A DNA stretch of 64,000 bases. Source: Raillietiella orientalis (Eukaryota). Shown piece after piece: positions 51,610 through 63,254 of this stretch. Position 1 is the first letter of the stretch. Every line of letters begins with the position of its first letter. Under the pieces are notes generated by a model, which was not told the origin of the DNA, did no database searches, and saw nothing but the letters and a program-made list of their open reading frames with translations. Both the position numbers and the translations under genes were made by a program. Where the stretch lies: positions 186,001 through 250,000 of the forward strand of contig JAYWIR010000063.1 of assembly GCA_036172245.1 (NCBI GenBank), in the 5' to 3' direction.

Positions 51610-51800
51610 CGTTTGGGGACTGCATTGACCTATTTGGCTGTTCTCTTCATGAGGACAACATCAAGATGACCCCATCTGGACATCCTTAGACAGGAACTCC
51701 TGACCGGCATCCTGACAAGAATGCAAAGGACTCCCTCCAGCACACAGTGATCTTCCCGAACCCCTCAGTTTTTTTCAATTTTTTTTCCTTCTTTTTTGTC
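51610..51800 (+). mobile_element. LINE 3' fragment, inverted near-copy of 49285-49460
   Basis: Closely matches the reverse complement of 49285-49460 (ctcttcatgaggaca..tcaagatgaccccatctgg..ccttagacaggaact..ggcatcctgacaagaatgca). Confidence 0.85.
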
Positions 51801-52094
51801 TTCCTCTTTGAGGGTAGTGGGTCTCCGTGAAACATGGTTCTCCTATTTAGGGGAGAGCTCCTCATCCTGGCAACCCGAAATGAGGCAAGGATGAGTCCCT
51901 GCCGCTGCTCGTTATAGCAGGAGAAGGGCTGGCCCCTGATGCGGGGCTCTGGAAGAATGCGACGGGTGTTCCTCCTTCCTTTGGGGCTTCTCTCCGCTTC
52001 ATCCGCTTGGTGGCGCATGTCGTCTAAGGTGAACGGCTCTACCCCATGTCTCTATGTCCGGGGGGGGGAGGAGGGTTCCAGCCCATGGGGCACA

Positions 52095-52900
52095 AAGGTA
52101 TGTGGCGAGCCGTGCTTGGAACTTTATTCTTTCTCGTCAACCACGCAGGCCGTGCTCCCTGCTGCAGCGCCTATCGTCCAGCCTACGCTTTGCACGTCTC
52201 CAGCCTCCGGGTGCCCGGCGTTGCCACCAGGATACGCCGGGACGTTTATTCAAAGTCTTCATGAAGTCATTACAAAACGTGGTACAAGGCCCCACTAACG
52301 GTCAACACTACGCAGGACCTGCCGGGACGCCGGGACGCAGACCAGCGTGACTCTCCTCGGCAGTGGAAGGGGATGGGGGAAAAACAAAAAGAAAAATAAA
52401 ACAATAAGAAAAAAAAGATCGAATTTGAAGGGCCGAGAAGGGATCACTGACCACTGGGAGGACAGCGATCGCTCGTGGTCGAGCGCTTGTAGAAGGAAGA
52501 CTCCGCCGCTCAATCAACCTTCTCCGAGCCCCCTGGGGAATCCCGTTTTCGGGAAGCTCGTGCAGAACTCCCGAAGATCGTTTCCCTCGAGACGATCCAG
52601 GTCTTTGGTCCAGTTGATGGACCGGAAGCGAAGGAAAACTCGGTGCACGCGGCTCCGGCTTCCTGTTTCTCCGTCCAGTCCAACGAGAGGTTTCAGAGTC
52701 CCACAAGGACGTCCTCCCGTCGCGACACGAGCTCTCATGCGATGCGAGGGGACCCGAGAGAGCAAGGAACGCGCCCTTCCCCCCTCCGTCAACTCGCGCG
52801 TGCAGGGGAATGTCCGGGTACGCGCAGTCATCCTCCCTCGAAGACCACCTCCACAGATCGAACACGTTTCTGGCGTTTGTGATGCCGACTGGCGCGTCGC
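52095..52900 (-). mobile_element. Diverged LINE 3' end (-) with a short antisense APE-like piece on + (52095-52224)
   Basis: The 3' UTR matches 44720-44954 (gatcccttc..T-rich..ggtctgcg.cccggcg.ccc); TCSICG upstream; junction motif at 52225-52250; the + strand flank has AWN and LLQ remnants. Confidence 0.6.
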
Positions 52901-52962
52901 GGGTCTGGGTGCATGCATGACGTGCAGCTTCCCTTTCCTATAGACGTTAGTGCGACACTTGC

Positions 52963-54030
52963 CACCCGGTCACGCCTGGGGCGTTTGTTCAAAAAAAAGA
53001 CAAAAATTAACAAACCTGTTGTAAAACCTCAAGCAGGTCGGTCGTTGCACAAGTCCGCAACAAGTGGGCGCGGATGCTAAACAAAAATATAAACAAAAGT
53101 GCAAGGGCAAGGGTCTTTAATATTTGCTGCTCTTTCTCAAACAAGGACAAGTCCAGAACAGAAAGGAGACATTAGTAAGTAAACGAAGAAAAGAGAATGG
53201 GTGAGGCAGGGGTCACCAGTTTCGACCGTTCCGTCCGCCTAGAACCGGTGCTGAACGCTGCCTATCTCTGTCTTTATTTCCTCTTGCAGGTGAGGTTACC
53301 TAGCAACCGTCCTCATATAGGCAGCTGCCCTTTAACCTTCTATCTCCGGGTAGACTACCTTTGCTGCCCTTCCTTCTCTCAAACGTGACCGGCCATGACA
53401 GCAGCGCGACCTCATCTCGTCGCCATTACTGCGGCAGCCGAGAGGCTGCCGAGCCCGAAGAATCGTCAAAGCAGGTCAGGAAAGTTGTCCTCTAGGAACA
53501 GGAGCGTTAAACCAGGCCTGGGATCGACTCCACTGACCCGTCCTTCGGGGAAACAACCCTTCCGGCAACGAGAGGGCAGTCTCTCGTTGCATTGGAAACC
53601 CCAGTGCAAAAACAGCAATATCGCCTGTTTCCACGTAGCAGAAGAAAACATGGAAGTGTTCCTACACAACTCAAGAAGTACAGGTTCCTCAGGAACGACA
53701 TGTAGAAGTCTCACTCAACTGAAGTATTCCTGCAGCCAGGATGCGCGGACCGGCAGCAGCATCCACTGACTCGCGCATCTTCCAGCTGCTCAGGGTTTGG
53801 TCTTTTTAGCAACGGGGCAGAACTCTCACCTTACGGGTAGGTTACTGTCGTAGCTTGCCTTAGGGCAGACAGGGCTGCGGCAAGGATTGTGGAAATCAAG
53901 GTCCTCAACTTCTTCGGGTTCTGAGTTGCATCTTCCGTTGGATGGCTGAGGAAGAGTCGCAGGGGACGAAGTTCCACTGGGCGCAGTCCTTGGCACAACC
54001 GCCCGGGGCTCAACCGCCTCTTGCCATCAA
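52963..54030 (-). mobile_element. Diverged LINE 3' end
   Basis: LHVVPEEP...ATWKQAILLFLHWGFQCNERLP is homologous to the 44.2 kb and 49.7 kb copies; T-rich UTR; junction variant AACAAACGCCCCAGG..CCGGGTG at 52963-52989. Confidence 0.65.
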
Positions 54031-56399
54031 TCATTAAAGTTCAGAGGGCAACAGGAGAACGACGGTAGGAGCTTAAAACCTTCCACGACGAGATGTGCTG
54101 AGAGCGGCCTGTGTGAACTTGGCCAGCCGCCTTCAGGGTCCGCAAGAAACTCGAGCTCGTTTGAAAGGGCGGATGCACCGGCGTGAGATCGGGTGGACTG
54201 AAAGTGGACACGAGGGGAGGGTTCGAATTGGACTTCTCGGGAATTCAGAGGGGCGGTGATTCACCGATGGCGAAGACCCTCCTCCGGACGGTGTCGATCT
54301 CTCTCAGCTAAGGCTGGGTGGAAGGATTGGTCGCCTCCCGGTGGTGGAGCCCATGTCTGCCGGGAACTTGTGTTGTTTACCCAGTCGTTCCCAGGGCACT
54401 CAGCTACACACACACACACACGCACACAAAAAGGCATATTTCACAAAACAAATACACGATGAGCGGCTTGAAACCGGCGTGTCCCGAGTGCGGCTTCGCG
54501 GCGACGTCACGTGAGCGGTCAGCATGGCGCCCAACGATGCCGTCCTAACGACGCGGGCCGATTTCAAGCGGCTGACCTTTTTTTCAGAATAATCGAACAG
54601 GGAATGGGGCGCAATGTCGATCACGCGTTTCGTCTGAAGGCTGGATTACGAGGAGACAGTGAATGAGGGGACAGTGAATTCATGAAAATGCATAGTTGGG
54701 GAAGCTGAGTCCCTTCGGTCCTCAGTGTCCGCGCATTGCCGAAGATGCTGCTCCTCACCGCTCCTTTCAGATGAGATCGCTTTGTCCCCTTTCCGCAGCA
54801 TGGGATGGCTAGCAGGAGAGTTGTAACTCCCCCCCCCATACTGGCGGGGCTCCCTAGGCGCAAAGCGAGAGAAGGATGAAGGGATCTCCAGCTGCTCCTG
54901 CGGGCGGCAGAGCAGGTTTGCCCGGCGCATCAGTCCTTGCACCCGCTACCTCGGGAACGGAAGCTGCCACAAGGTGGATTCCTCCAAAATGCTCCGCGCT
55001 ACCTGGGTGGGGGGAAGAGGGCAACGCCGTCTCTTCGTCGATAACGAAGGCGGTTCTGAGGGCGAGCTTCTGTCGGGTGCGGACGCGCGAAGGCCCTCGT
55101 GTGGGGAGAGAGAGACGGTACCCACGCTGCTGGGCGTAAAGGGATGGAGCGGTCAGGATCATGGCGGGTAGGATAGCTACCCGACCCTGAGGTCAGAGGG
55201 AGCCTTCAGGAAGCAGCTCTGGGAAGGGAAGAGCGAGAAGTGCTCTCGGGCTAACGGTGTACGCTGCACCTCATGAAATCCTCCAGGTGGACGGAGGGAG
55301 CCTCGACCGCGAAAACTGCGAGGGATCGGCTGCCCTAATGGGCAGCGCGCGAGCGAGACCGGCTGGAACCAGGATCAGCCCTTCCCCTCCCCTTCTTTCA
55401 ACCTCGCTGACGAGTCTGCGAGGTTGAAAGGATGCGTGGACGCGCCGCACGCCTGCGCAGAACATGGGAGCGGTCACTCGGCACGCATCGCATGTTCCCT
55501 CGAAACGTCCGGTGGCTACGGCAAGAAAGGAGTTTGCCCAGGGCATTTGTGGCCAACCGGCCTGCAGACGCTTGGCTGCTGGATACCAGCGTCCTTCCAG
55601 AGAGTTCTTGTGTAAACGAGATTCCTCTCGGCGGTATGTCTGGATCCCTGCGGGGGTCGCAGCACCCCCCTCTCTGGCCACAAGCGGCACCCGAAACAAG
55701 GCTGCTGCAGGTTTTCCGCACATGAGACTTCCAGAAGGGGTGACATGATGGTCTCTGACGTGGGATCGAGTCCCAGGGAGATCGACGGCAGGTCGGGGCT
55801 GTTGGCGCTCCTCCTCTAAAGCGCCCGCAGCACTGTGGAAAAAAGATCACAGCTGAAGATGACTCGCCTTCCTCTGCGCGTGCTCACTCGAACCTCTAAT
55901 GTGCTACGCTACGCAGCGCAAGATGGAACCAGTGACTCTTGACCTCCTACTCTTGCAGACATCGCTCACTGATGAACTGCGCGGGGGAGGGGGAGGAAGG
56001 TGGCTCACAGGTTACATCCCTAACCCGTGCATCAGCGACCACGATGAGCGGGGAGGCGTGACGAGATGGTGGCGCTGCCCTAGCTGTCTCCCAGGAAACG
56101 CGGTGCTCCAGAGTGAGGCGGAGGCGGTCACACTGGACGCCGCTTGCCCTCGCGAGTACTCAGCAGCGGTGCTGGACAAGAGGTGAGGCTCAAATGGTGA
56201 TGGTGCGCCGGTCCTCGGCTTCACATCGGGATGCCCGCGCCAGCGGCGACGTCCACCGTGGCCGGTCCTGAGAGCAACCGGCTGTGAATCTGAATGTCAT
56301 CTCAAGCTGCTCTCGGGAGTGCCGGCCGCGAGCCTGGGAGCAAGGAAGTGGTGGTGGCTGACCTCTGTCGGTCACGGACCGGACCGGACTTGTGTCTCT

Positions 56400-56620
56400 C
56401 TCAGACGAAGCGCGGAGGGCAGCCTGTTCCCTGCCCATTGCGGACCCAAGATCGCGCAGTGGGGGAGCAGATGGACTGCATCCCTCGTAGCGAGCATCGT
56501 GATAAGAAGGTGGAAGCTTCTCCAGGTGAAGCATGTAGGACGAAAGCAATTCCCCAGAAGGACACAACTGCGGAGGGGTCCCAACCTTCACGCAGCCAAG
56601 GTTGCAACAACAGGCTGGAC
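56400..56620 (-). mobile_element. Possible LINE ORF1 (gag-like) remnant
   Basis: GELLSSYMLHLEKLPPSYHDARYEG followed by a decayed C..C..LG knuckle, reminiscent of L1/Tx1 ORF1. Confidence 0.3.
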
Positions 56621-58058
56621 GGGGCGCATCAGGAAACCCTGATGCCCCGGAATGCACTGACAGGCGCGTAAACCGACAGACCACGTGGGCGCCCCTCTAC
56701 GAGACAGAGGTCTGCGCATTTCGTGTTGCTGCACGGAGTTGCCGGGTCAGCAGGGTGCCCCGCCGCCTGTCGGGGAAAGACTTTGTGCCCGACGAGGTGT
56801 AAAGAGCTTTCTCTTCGCAAGCTCCACGGTCTGCTCTCAATGCTCGTTTCTGGAACGACCGTCGAGCTTACATTCCCCTGGGCACGCGTACGTGACACGA
56901 AAAGTGTTTCGTGTCACGGTAAGGACAAGTCAGCCGATCGAGGGGCCTTTGCGGGATGTGGCGCACTTCGTTTGTCCTTTCGCCTGAAAAAAAAAAGTTC
57001 AGCTTCCGGAGATTTCGGAAGCTAAAATTTTATCCGTTCGACAGCAGTGCCCATGTTTGGTTCGAGTTAACGTGTACATAAACTGTGTACAATTCTGTCG
57101 TTTTCAACACGGAACTGAAAAGAGTGCAGTGGTGCCATTCGTCGCATGCATGATACAATGTCAGCAGTCCAGTGGACTTCCGCGAAAACCATATGTATGA
57201 ACAGACATTGCATGCTGTGGAGGTTGAAGTGATTGCCCGTAGCCACCGAATATTTTTGAAACCAAGGAAACGAGGAGCCCTCTACGAGGATGCACAGCAG
57301 TCATTTGCGCGCGTTGTCACTCGTACCTTTCTTCGACGGGTCAGATTCACTGAAAATAAACCGAAATAGGAGCCACAAGGAGCCAAACAAGTCCACGAAT
57401 TACGTTTTTGGGGGATGGGGGTGGGGGAAATACTGAGGTGGAGAGAAAACGGAAACAAAACGTCGGAACCTATCATTCCTCGCGTGAATCTTTGCCCGGG
57501 CGCGCCTGCCCAAGGTCGGCATGGATGCGCACGTCAGTCCCAAGGGCGCCTTCCTCAAACAAGAGCGGCCCTGAGAAGCGCGGCCCGCACTGGGGCCTCG
57601 CCAGAAAGAAGTGCAAGGGAGAGCTGGCTTAAGAAGAGTTCCCTCCATGGCAAGACAGAGATTTTCCACGGAATCAACGAGAGCGCATGGGTGGGAAGTT
57701 TGAAAGGAAACTGCACACGTGTCGCCCCATGGTTAGCAGGAGTCTCCAAATTGGAAGCAAAAAGTCCTTCAATAGGCAATGCTGACAGTTGCAAAAGAAT
57801 AGCACTCGATCGTTCTGAAGCACTCACCAGTTGCTGATGCACTATTGCATGAAACACTGTGCACTTTTACGCAAAGTTTATTGCAAACTTGGGCGGTTTC
57901 AATACAGAACTTTGGGATTCTGCCGTGGGTGAAGGGGCAAATATCACAAATGGAGCAGTCACATCTATGCCACCCATCACTCTGCTACTGGTATCGCTGG
58001 GCAGCTGGGGCACACAAAGCTCGGGAGTTAGTGGCGCACCACTACTTTGGCTCAGCTA

Positions 58059-58805
58059 TCAAAATGCTGATGCATCATATGGTAGATATCCTTGGCAGGC
58101 TGTCGAGCCACAGAGACATGGCGTCATCCCATGGGGAGTGTCCAATGTAGTAGCACTCTGCCCATACTTGAATGTCAGTTCCTCCATGGCAGAAATTGCT
58201 TTGATTGAGAAGAAACATAGACGTGGAACAGCTGTATCAGCTCTCACAGGGATTAGTTTCAAATTTGGATCACAAGAGTGATTGATGTAACGTGAGATGT
58301 TACCACAGTAAGTAGCGTCCACAAAGGTTTTGTGGATGTCATTTCCCCAGTGTTCGAAAAATGCAACTGTGTAACAGCTGGAGCGTTGACGTGCAACTTT
58401 GGCACTGATTCTTTCTCCAACATACTCACATACATAGGACAGAGCGGGAATTTGCTGCAACGTGACAACACCCCAATTTTTGCCATGTATCCACTTTTTT
58501 TCTAAACAAGTCAAAGGACTTCTTTGAGTTACTCGATTAAGGCAGTCCGATTCACAAGAACATTGGGAGTTACACTCAAATATTGGTAAGCTGCTGTGAT
58601 CAGTTAGCTTGAGAAGCAGTCCAGTGGTTGCATAATTGGGGCCAAATTGGAAACAGGAGCAACTGCTTGTCTCACAAGTGGTACACTGGCAACCGGCATA
58701 CTGCCATTCTGATGCACTTTGATCTGCTCCTGGCCCTTCAATACATGAATCTATATAAAGCACATTATCCTTTCCTACAATCTTTGACATCAAATTTTGG
58801 AGCAT
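58059..58805 (-). CDS. SETMAR: Histone-lysine N-methyltransferase, SETMAR/set-23-like (pre-SET, SET, post-SET; no transposase domain)
   Basis: Single 248-aa ORF with GCQC..C...CSC, IFECNSQCSC...CLNRVTQ, WGV, VCEYVGE, GNISRYINHSCDPNL, EELTFKYG and CLCGSTACQGYLP. A TGTAG acceptor directly precedes the ATG; AATAAA on - at 57877-57882. Confidence 0.93.
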   Translation of the reverse strand: MLQNLMSKIVGKDNVLYIDSCIEGPGADQSASEWQYAGCQCTTCETSSCSCFQFGPNYATTGLLLKLTDHSSLPIFECNSQCSCESDCLNRVTQRSPLTCLEKKWIHGKNWGVVTLQQIPALSYVCEYVGERISAKVARQRSSCYTVAFFEHWGNDIHKTFVDATYCGNISRYINHSCDPNLKLIPVRADTAVPRLCFFSIKAISAMEELTFKYGQSATTLDTPHGMTPCLCGSTACQGYLPYDASAF

Positions 58806-58978
58806 CTACAGGAGAAATTTTTTTAAAAAAAGACTGAATGAAAAAAGCAAAAATTTTGTATCACACATGCATTTGCTTCTTTTATTTATCCACAAAAATT
58901 TTAAGGTGGGAGGGAGGGGGGAGAAAAAAAAAAACCCCAGTCAAAAACGACTTGCAATATTCCTTAGCCCTTAGGGCA
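58806..58978 (-). promoter_or_regulatory. Putative intercistronic region: poly(A) signal, U-rich tract and splice acceptor
   Basis: On -: AATAAA at 58886-58881, a U-rich stretch at about 58860-58812, then tttctcctgtag|ATG at 58805. Confidence 0.55.
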
Positions 58979-61534
58979 TCAGCTGCTTTGTGGAATGCTG
59001 TTTAGATGAAATAATGCTGGCACCCGTATCAGTGAAGATAAAGATTTCACTTTTTGTGGGAGGGCTAAAGGCAAAAGCACTCTATAGCATCCATACCCAA
59101 TAGTGGCTAAAACACAGACTTTTATGCTGAATGTTATTAAACGATGGGACAGAGTTGGAGCTGGCACTCTGAAAAATATGCCAACATAATCAGAACACGA
59201 GTGTCAACAAAAGTACCTCATCAAGGCTTGAATATCTTCTTGTTTGACATGACCCCAGGCTTTTGTTATACCAGGAACATGTCCCATGCCAACAATACCA
59301 ACTACTACTACTGGCTGCTGACCTACATTTGATGGTGGGATAAATCAATAAAATCTGTGCTTACTTTCACAAAATCTTGGGCTAGCTGCCAGCTGCAGAG
59401 AATGTGTCAGATACAAATCACGCTCCTTCACAAAAACCTCTGCCAATGATGGAAATTCACCAGAAATTTCAGCCAGCAAATGTTCTTGAAGATCCTTATG
59501 TTTGCAACGTTCAACTTCTTCTTTACTGTAAAGAAGCAATGTAATTGTTCGTTTTACATTAGCGTTGACTAATAGGATATATACTTATACCTAATTGGCT
59601 CCTTGGTCATTAGTATTTGCCAAGCAAATTTCAGCTTCTGCCAAAATGTTAGTGATGCCAGTGCCCTCTGCAAGGTTATCTGAATAGGACGGTCACCAAG
59701 GTGAATCACACATCCTGGAACTTTCTTGGCCTAAAATTATAAATTTTTTGCTCTCTAGTAAGTTTCCTGTGGATATATTGCACTGGCTGAAGATAAGTCA
59801 GACTTTCACCACTTTTGTTTTCATGGCATTCTATGACTTATATGAGAAAAATCCCCTATTTCTTTAGACATTCCAATGTATGCTACACACAATGCAAGCT
59901 TTTAATCAATGCTAAAAATATGATCTCAGTGTCAGTTAGTTTGTTGCTGATAAAATTATGAAACTGAAACAGATGTGCCGAATGAGAGGTCTCCAGAAAC
60001 ATTCATTGCATCGCATCATTCTTTACAAATGAGTTAATTCTTACTAAAGGCACTAAAGATTCCCTACTTTCGTGAAAATTAGCAACAGTCATGTGTTAGC
60101 AATGAATATGGTAATTTACTGAAAACACTCTTGGTGAAACGAAAGATTTATTTATGCTTTAATGTTTCATGCTGGAAAAAGCTACTGTATATTTCTAAAA
60201 GAACATCCTATGAAAGGAAATACTTTTTCCCACACTTGTGTTGCACGCTTTCCCTATCAAACCATGCATTTCAAAACATACAATTGTGGTGCAAATGCTT
60301 TCCGGATCTTTATTGATGTTTTTTTTATTTATTTATTGTGGAAAAATTTACTCCAAATATTTACTTGCATCTGTTCACTTGAGCTTTGTTAACTGTCATT
60401 TCCCATAAGACCATGTCAAAATGCATTTCCCTGATGCAAGTAACACTGCTGCTGCATTAAGAGCATACTCAAAAACAAAAAATCATGAAACACCCATTAC
60501 CTCAATGAAAGCTCTTCGAAATTCACCACCTGGTGCCATTCCTAACTGCTTTGTCAAATGAGCTCCGGAAGTAAGAACCAGTAAGTACAAAATACCTTGA
60601 ACCAAACCATATTGTTTAATGGCTGACTGCATTTTTCCTAAAACAAAATCATATTTTTTAGGAAATTGAAAAGAATTCGAAAATTTACATTCATTCACTC
60701 AAAGCTGCTTTTCAAAGTAATGCTAAACTTTCAAACAATTTGACTGAAACTGGCATTCTGCTAGTTTTAGTTAAATTCTGGATACCTTACACAATCTTTC
60801 ATTTATGGAAGATACATATATAACAATCATTGCTTTACTTTTTACAAATGTGATCACAAGTATGGGCATTTTTGCAGCCTCAGAATTCTAAGCAATGCAA
60901 AATTCTCATAGGTATCGAAAAGAAAAGAGGAACCATGAGATGCAAAGATGAATTTTGAAAACAGCTGCATGAAAAAACACCAAAAAGAAACAAAGTACAT
61001 TTATAGGAATCCTTTTAATATTCAAGAACAAGAAGGCATTATCTTAAATACGAGGGAGATATGCTTGAAACTGACAGAACCCCTGTTTAAAACATGAAAA
61101 TTCATGAGAAACGTTATACTTCTCCCAAAATTTAGATGATAACAAACAATGAAGTTATAATTGTATTAAACTGTTACTTAGATTAATATCTTTAGCTTCT
61201 TGAAGCATTTTTTCTTCATCTAATTGCATAATTGCAACTCGATTAACACACAGCTCCACTGTAATTATATTTGGCTGTACCATTTGAATAGTCTAGATTA
61301 AAAAGCACTGAAACATTAATACATATAGGAGATTGTTTTCACCTTTGCAACGTCATTTTGACTTTCTTCACTGAAATGGGCTGTCCCAATCAGGTAGACT
61401 AAACTCCCACAATTGCTGACCAATTTTGTGACTGTTTCAGGTAGCTGCAAACTTGTTTCATCATTCATTTCAGATGAATCTGAACCTAAAACCGTTTCGA
61501 AAATTTGAGTGGCATGCAAGAATGCTTTAACCAT
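58979..61534 (-). CDS. TRABD: TraB domain-containing protein
   Basis: Exons 61534-61343, 61292-61178, 60637-60501, 59730-59591, 59525-59365, 59322-59217 and 59168-58979 join in phase via GT-AG introns. Motifs VYLIGTAHFS, VELC..R, PGGEFRRA, LGDRPIQITLQRA, VFVKERD and VVGIVGMGHVPGI, plus a C-terminal hydrophobic anchor. The start codon is uncertain. Confidence 0.94.
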
Positions 61535-63254
61535 TTATTAAATTATTCCGACAGGTTTAGCCATTTGCTTTATGTAAATGATTACACCTTTGGAATTTGA
61601 AACAATTTTTAATGTTCACCTTTAGCCATGCTACAATCCATAATTGCCAAGAATCACACATAAATTCAAGATGCAACTTGAGCAAATGCACCTTTTGAAT
61701 GTTCCCATTAATCGATTAAGCACAGCAAACGAGTAAACTGCATTTGTTTTTATTTTGGAGAGAAACTTTGATTGAGGGGACAGGTATGCAAATGCTTATT
61801 AAAGTGACAGATGTTCCAGTAGTAATGCCAGACAATATGTAACGTACATATGTACAGCACTCCTTTGCTTTCATATTTTGTTCTCATTCATTTATTTCCA
61901 TCTTTACCACTGTGCACACTTCCATTTTATTACAAAATGACGGCACCTTGTATTTACAAAAATCAAGTTTCTGAATTCGTTTCGAATGCAAGCCACTCGA
62001 CTCAATCAACCAGAAGATTACCTGGAGGTACTTTGGCTTTCATTTCTCGATAAGTTAAATGTCACCACGAATTCATTTTACGTGGAAGCTGCCCCCTCCG
62101 CACTTGCAGCTTCCCTGCCTGAAAGCCCCAAGCCGTGCCCGAAAAGCGGGCGCGAGCACGGCGCCAACTCGAAAACCCACCGCAGAGCACCCCATCTTCG
62201 TGCCACACGAGGATGGGGTGCTCTGCCACACGAAGATGGGGACCGCGACCCGACGCTACGTTCGCAGCATCCCGGATCCGCGTTTCCGAGTGCGCGCGAG
62301 AGCGTGCAGCTGCTGCCCGACTTACGTCCGCCCGTTTGCGGCCCTTCCTCGTCCTCGCTGCCCGCCGTGCCTCCGGGGGAACCCGAAGATGCCCTTTTGC
62401 TCACGCAGCCCGGATGGTCGCCCGCATCCATGCCTTCCGCAAGGTGGTCGCCGGATGTGGCGCCATCCTAACTCCATCCCATGCGCCTCCCAACAGAACA
62501 GGGCTATTTTTACACCAACAATCGGATGCGCGCGAACCATGACAACGCGCGCTCGACGGGAAGCTACGCAACCTGGCCGTCGGCAAGGTAACGGACGCAA
62601 CCGATACCGCTGCCACGGTGGAATCGGCTCTCCGTTCCCGCAAGGTGATCCGGGGGAACGCCGGATCATGGCGCGTGGGAGGGGACTTTTCTTCTCCTTG
62701 CAGCTCTCCCGAGCGCGCGCGCGCGCTGGCAGGCGCGGGAGGGGGGGGGGGAGGGGGCAAGCAGCAGCAGACGCAGCGCGAGCCTTCGGACTTTTGCTGT
62801 TTCCCTCGGGGTTGCGAAGGGCCGCGCCGCGGAGGTGACGACGCCACGGCCTTGGGATGCGCAGCGGAGGTGAGGCGAAACTTTCGTGCAGAAGACCTCT
62901 GAGATGCGAAGCGATGGCACGAGTGCTCAGCTTCCGGCTCTTCTTCCGGTCGCTCCTCTTGTGGGAAGCAGACGCGTGCGGATGAATCTGTGAACGTCAG
63001 GTGGTCCCCATTTTGCAAAAGTCGCTCCAGGAACTGCTCAGTCGGGCGCAGCGCGCGTCCCAATCCAGATGCTTCTTCATCAGGAGCTGCCACGCTTCCT
63101 CGCTCCGTGCAGCAACCCCCGCAAAAAAGCGAAATTGTGCTGACCTCGTGCTGACCACATCAACAACCATCACGACCGATCTGAACTGCCGGTTCTTATC
63201 ATTGGAACTCCCAAACGGCTCCTAATCTTAATGAGTCTTCCCTTCCGATGGTCC

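Noticed and set aside
57859..58281. Plus-strand 140-aa ORF overlapping the SET gene
   Set aside because: Antisense shadow of the SET CDS and its 3' UTR, with no independent motif.
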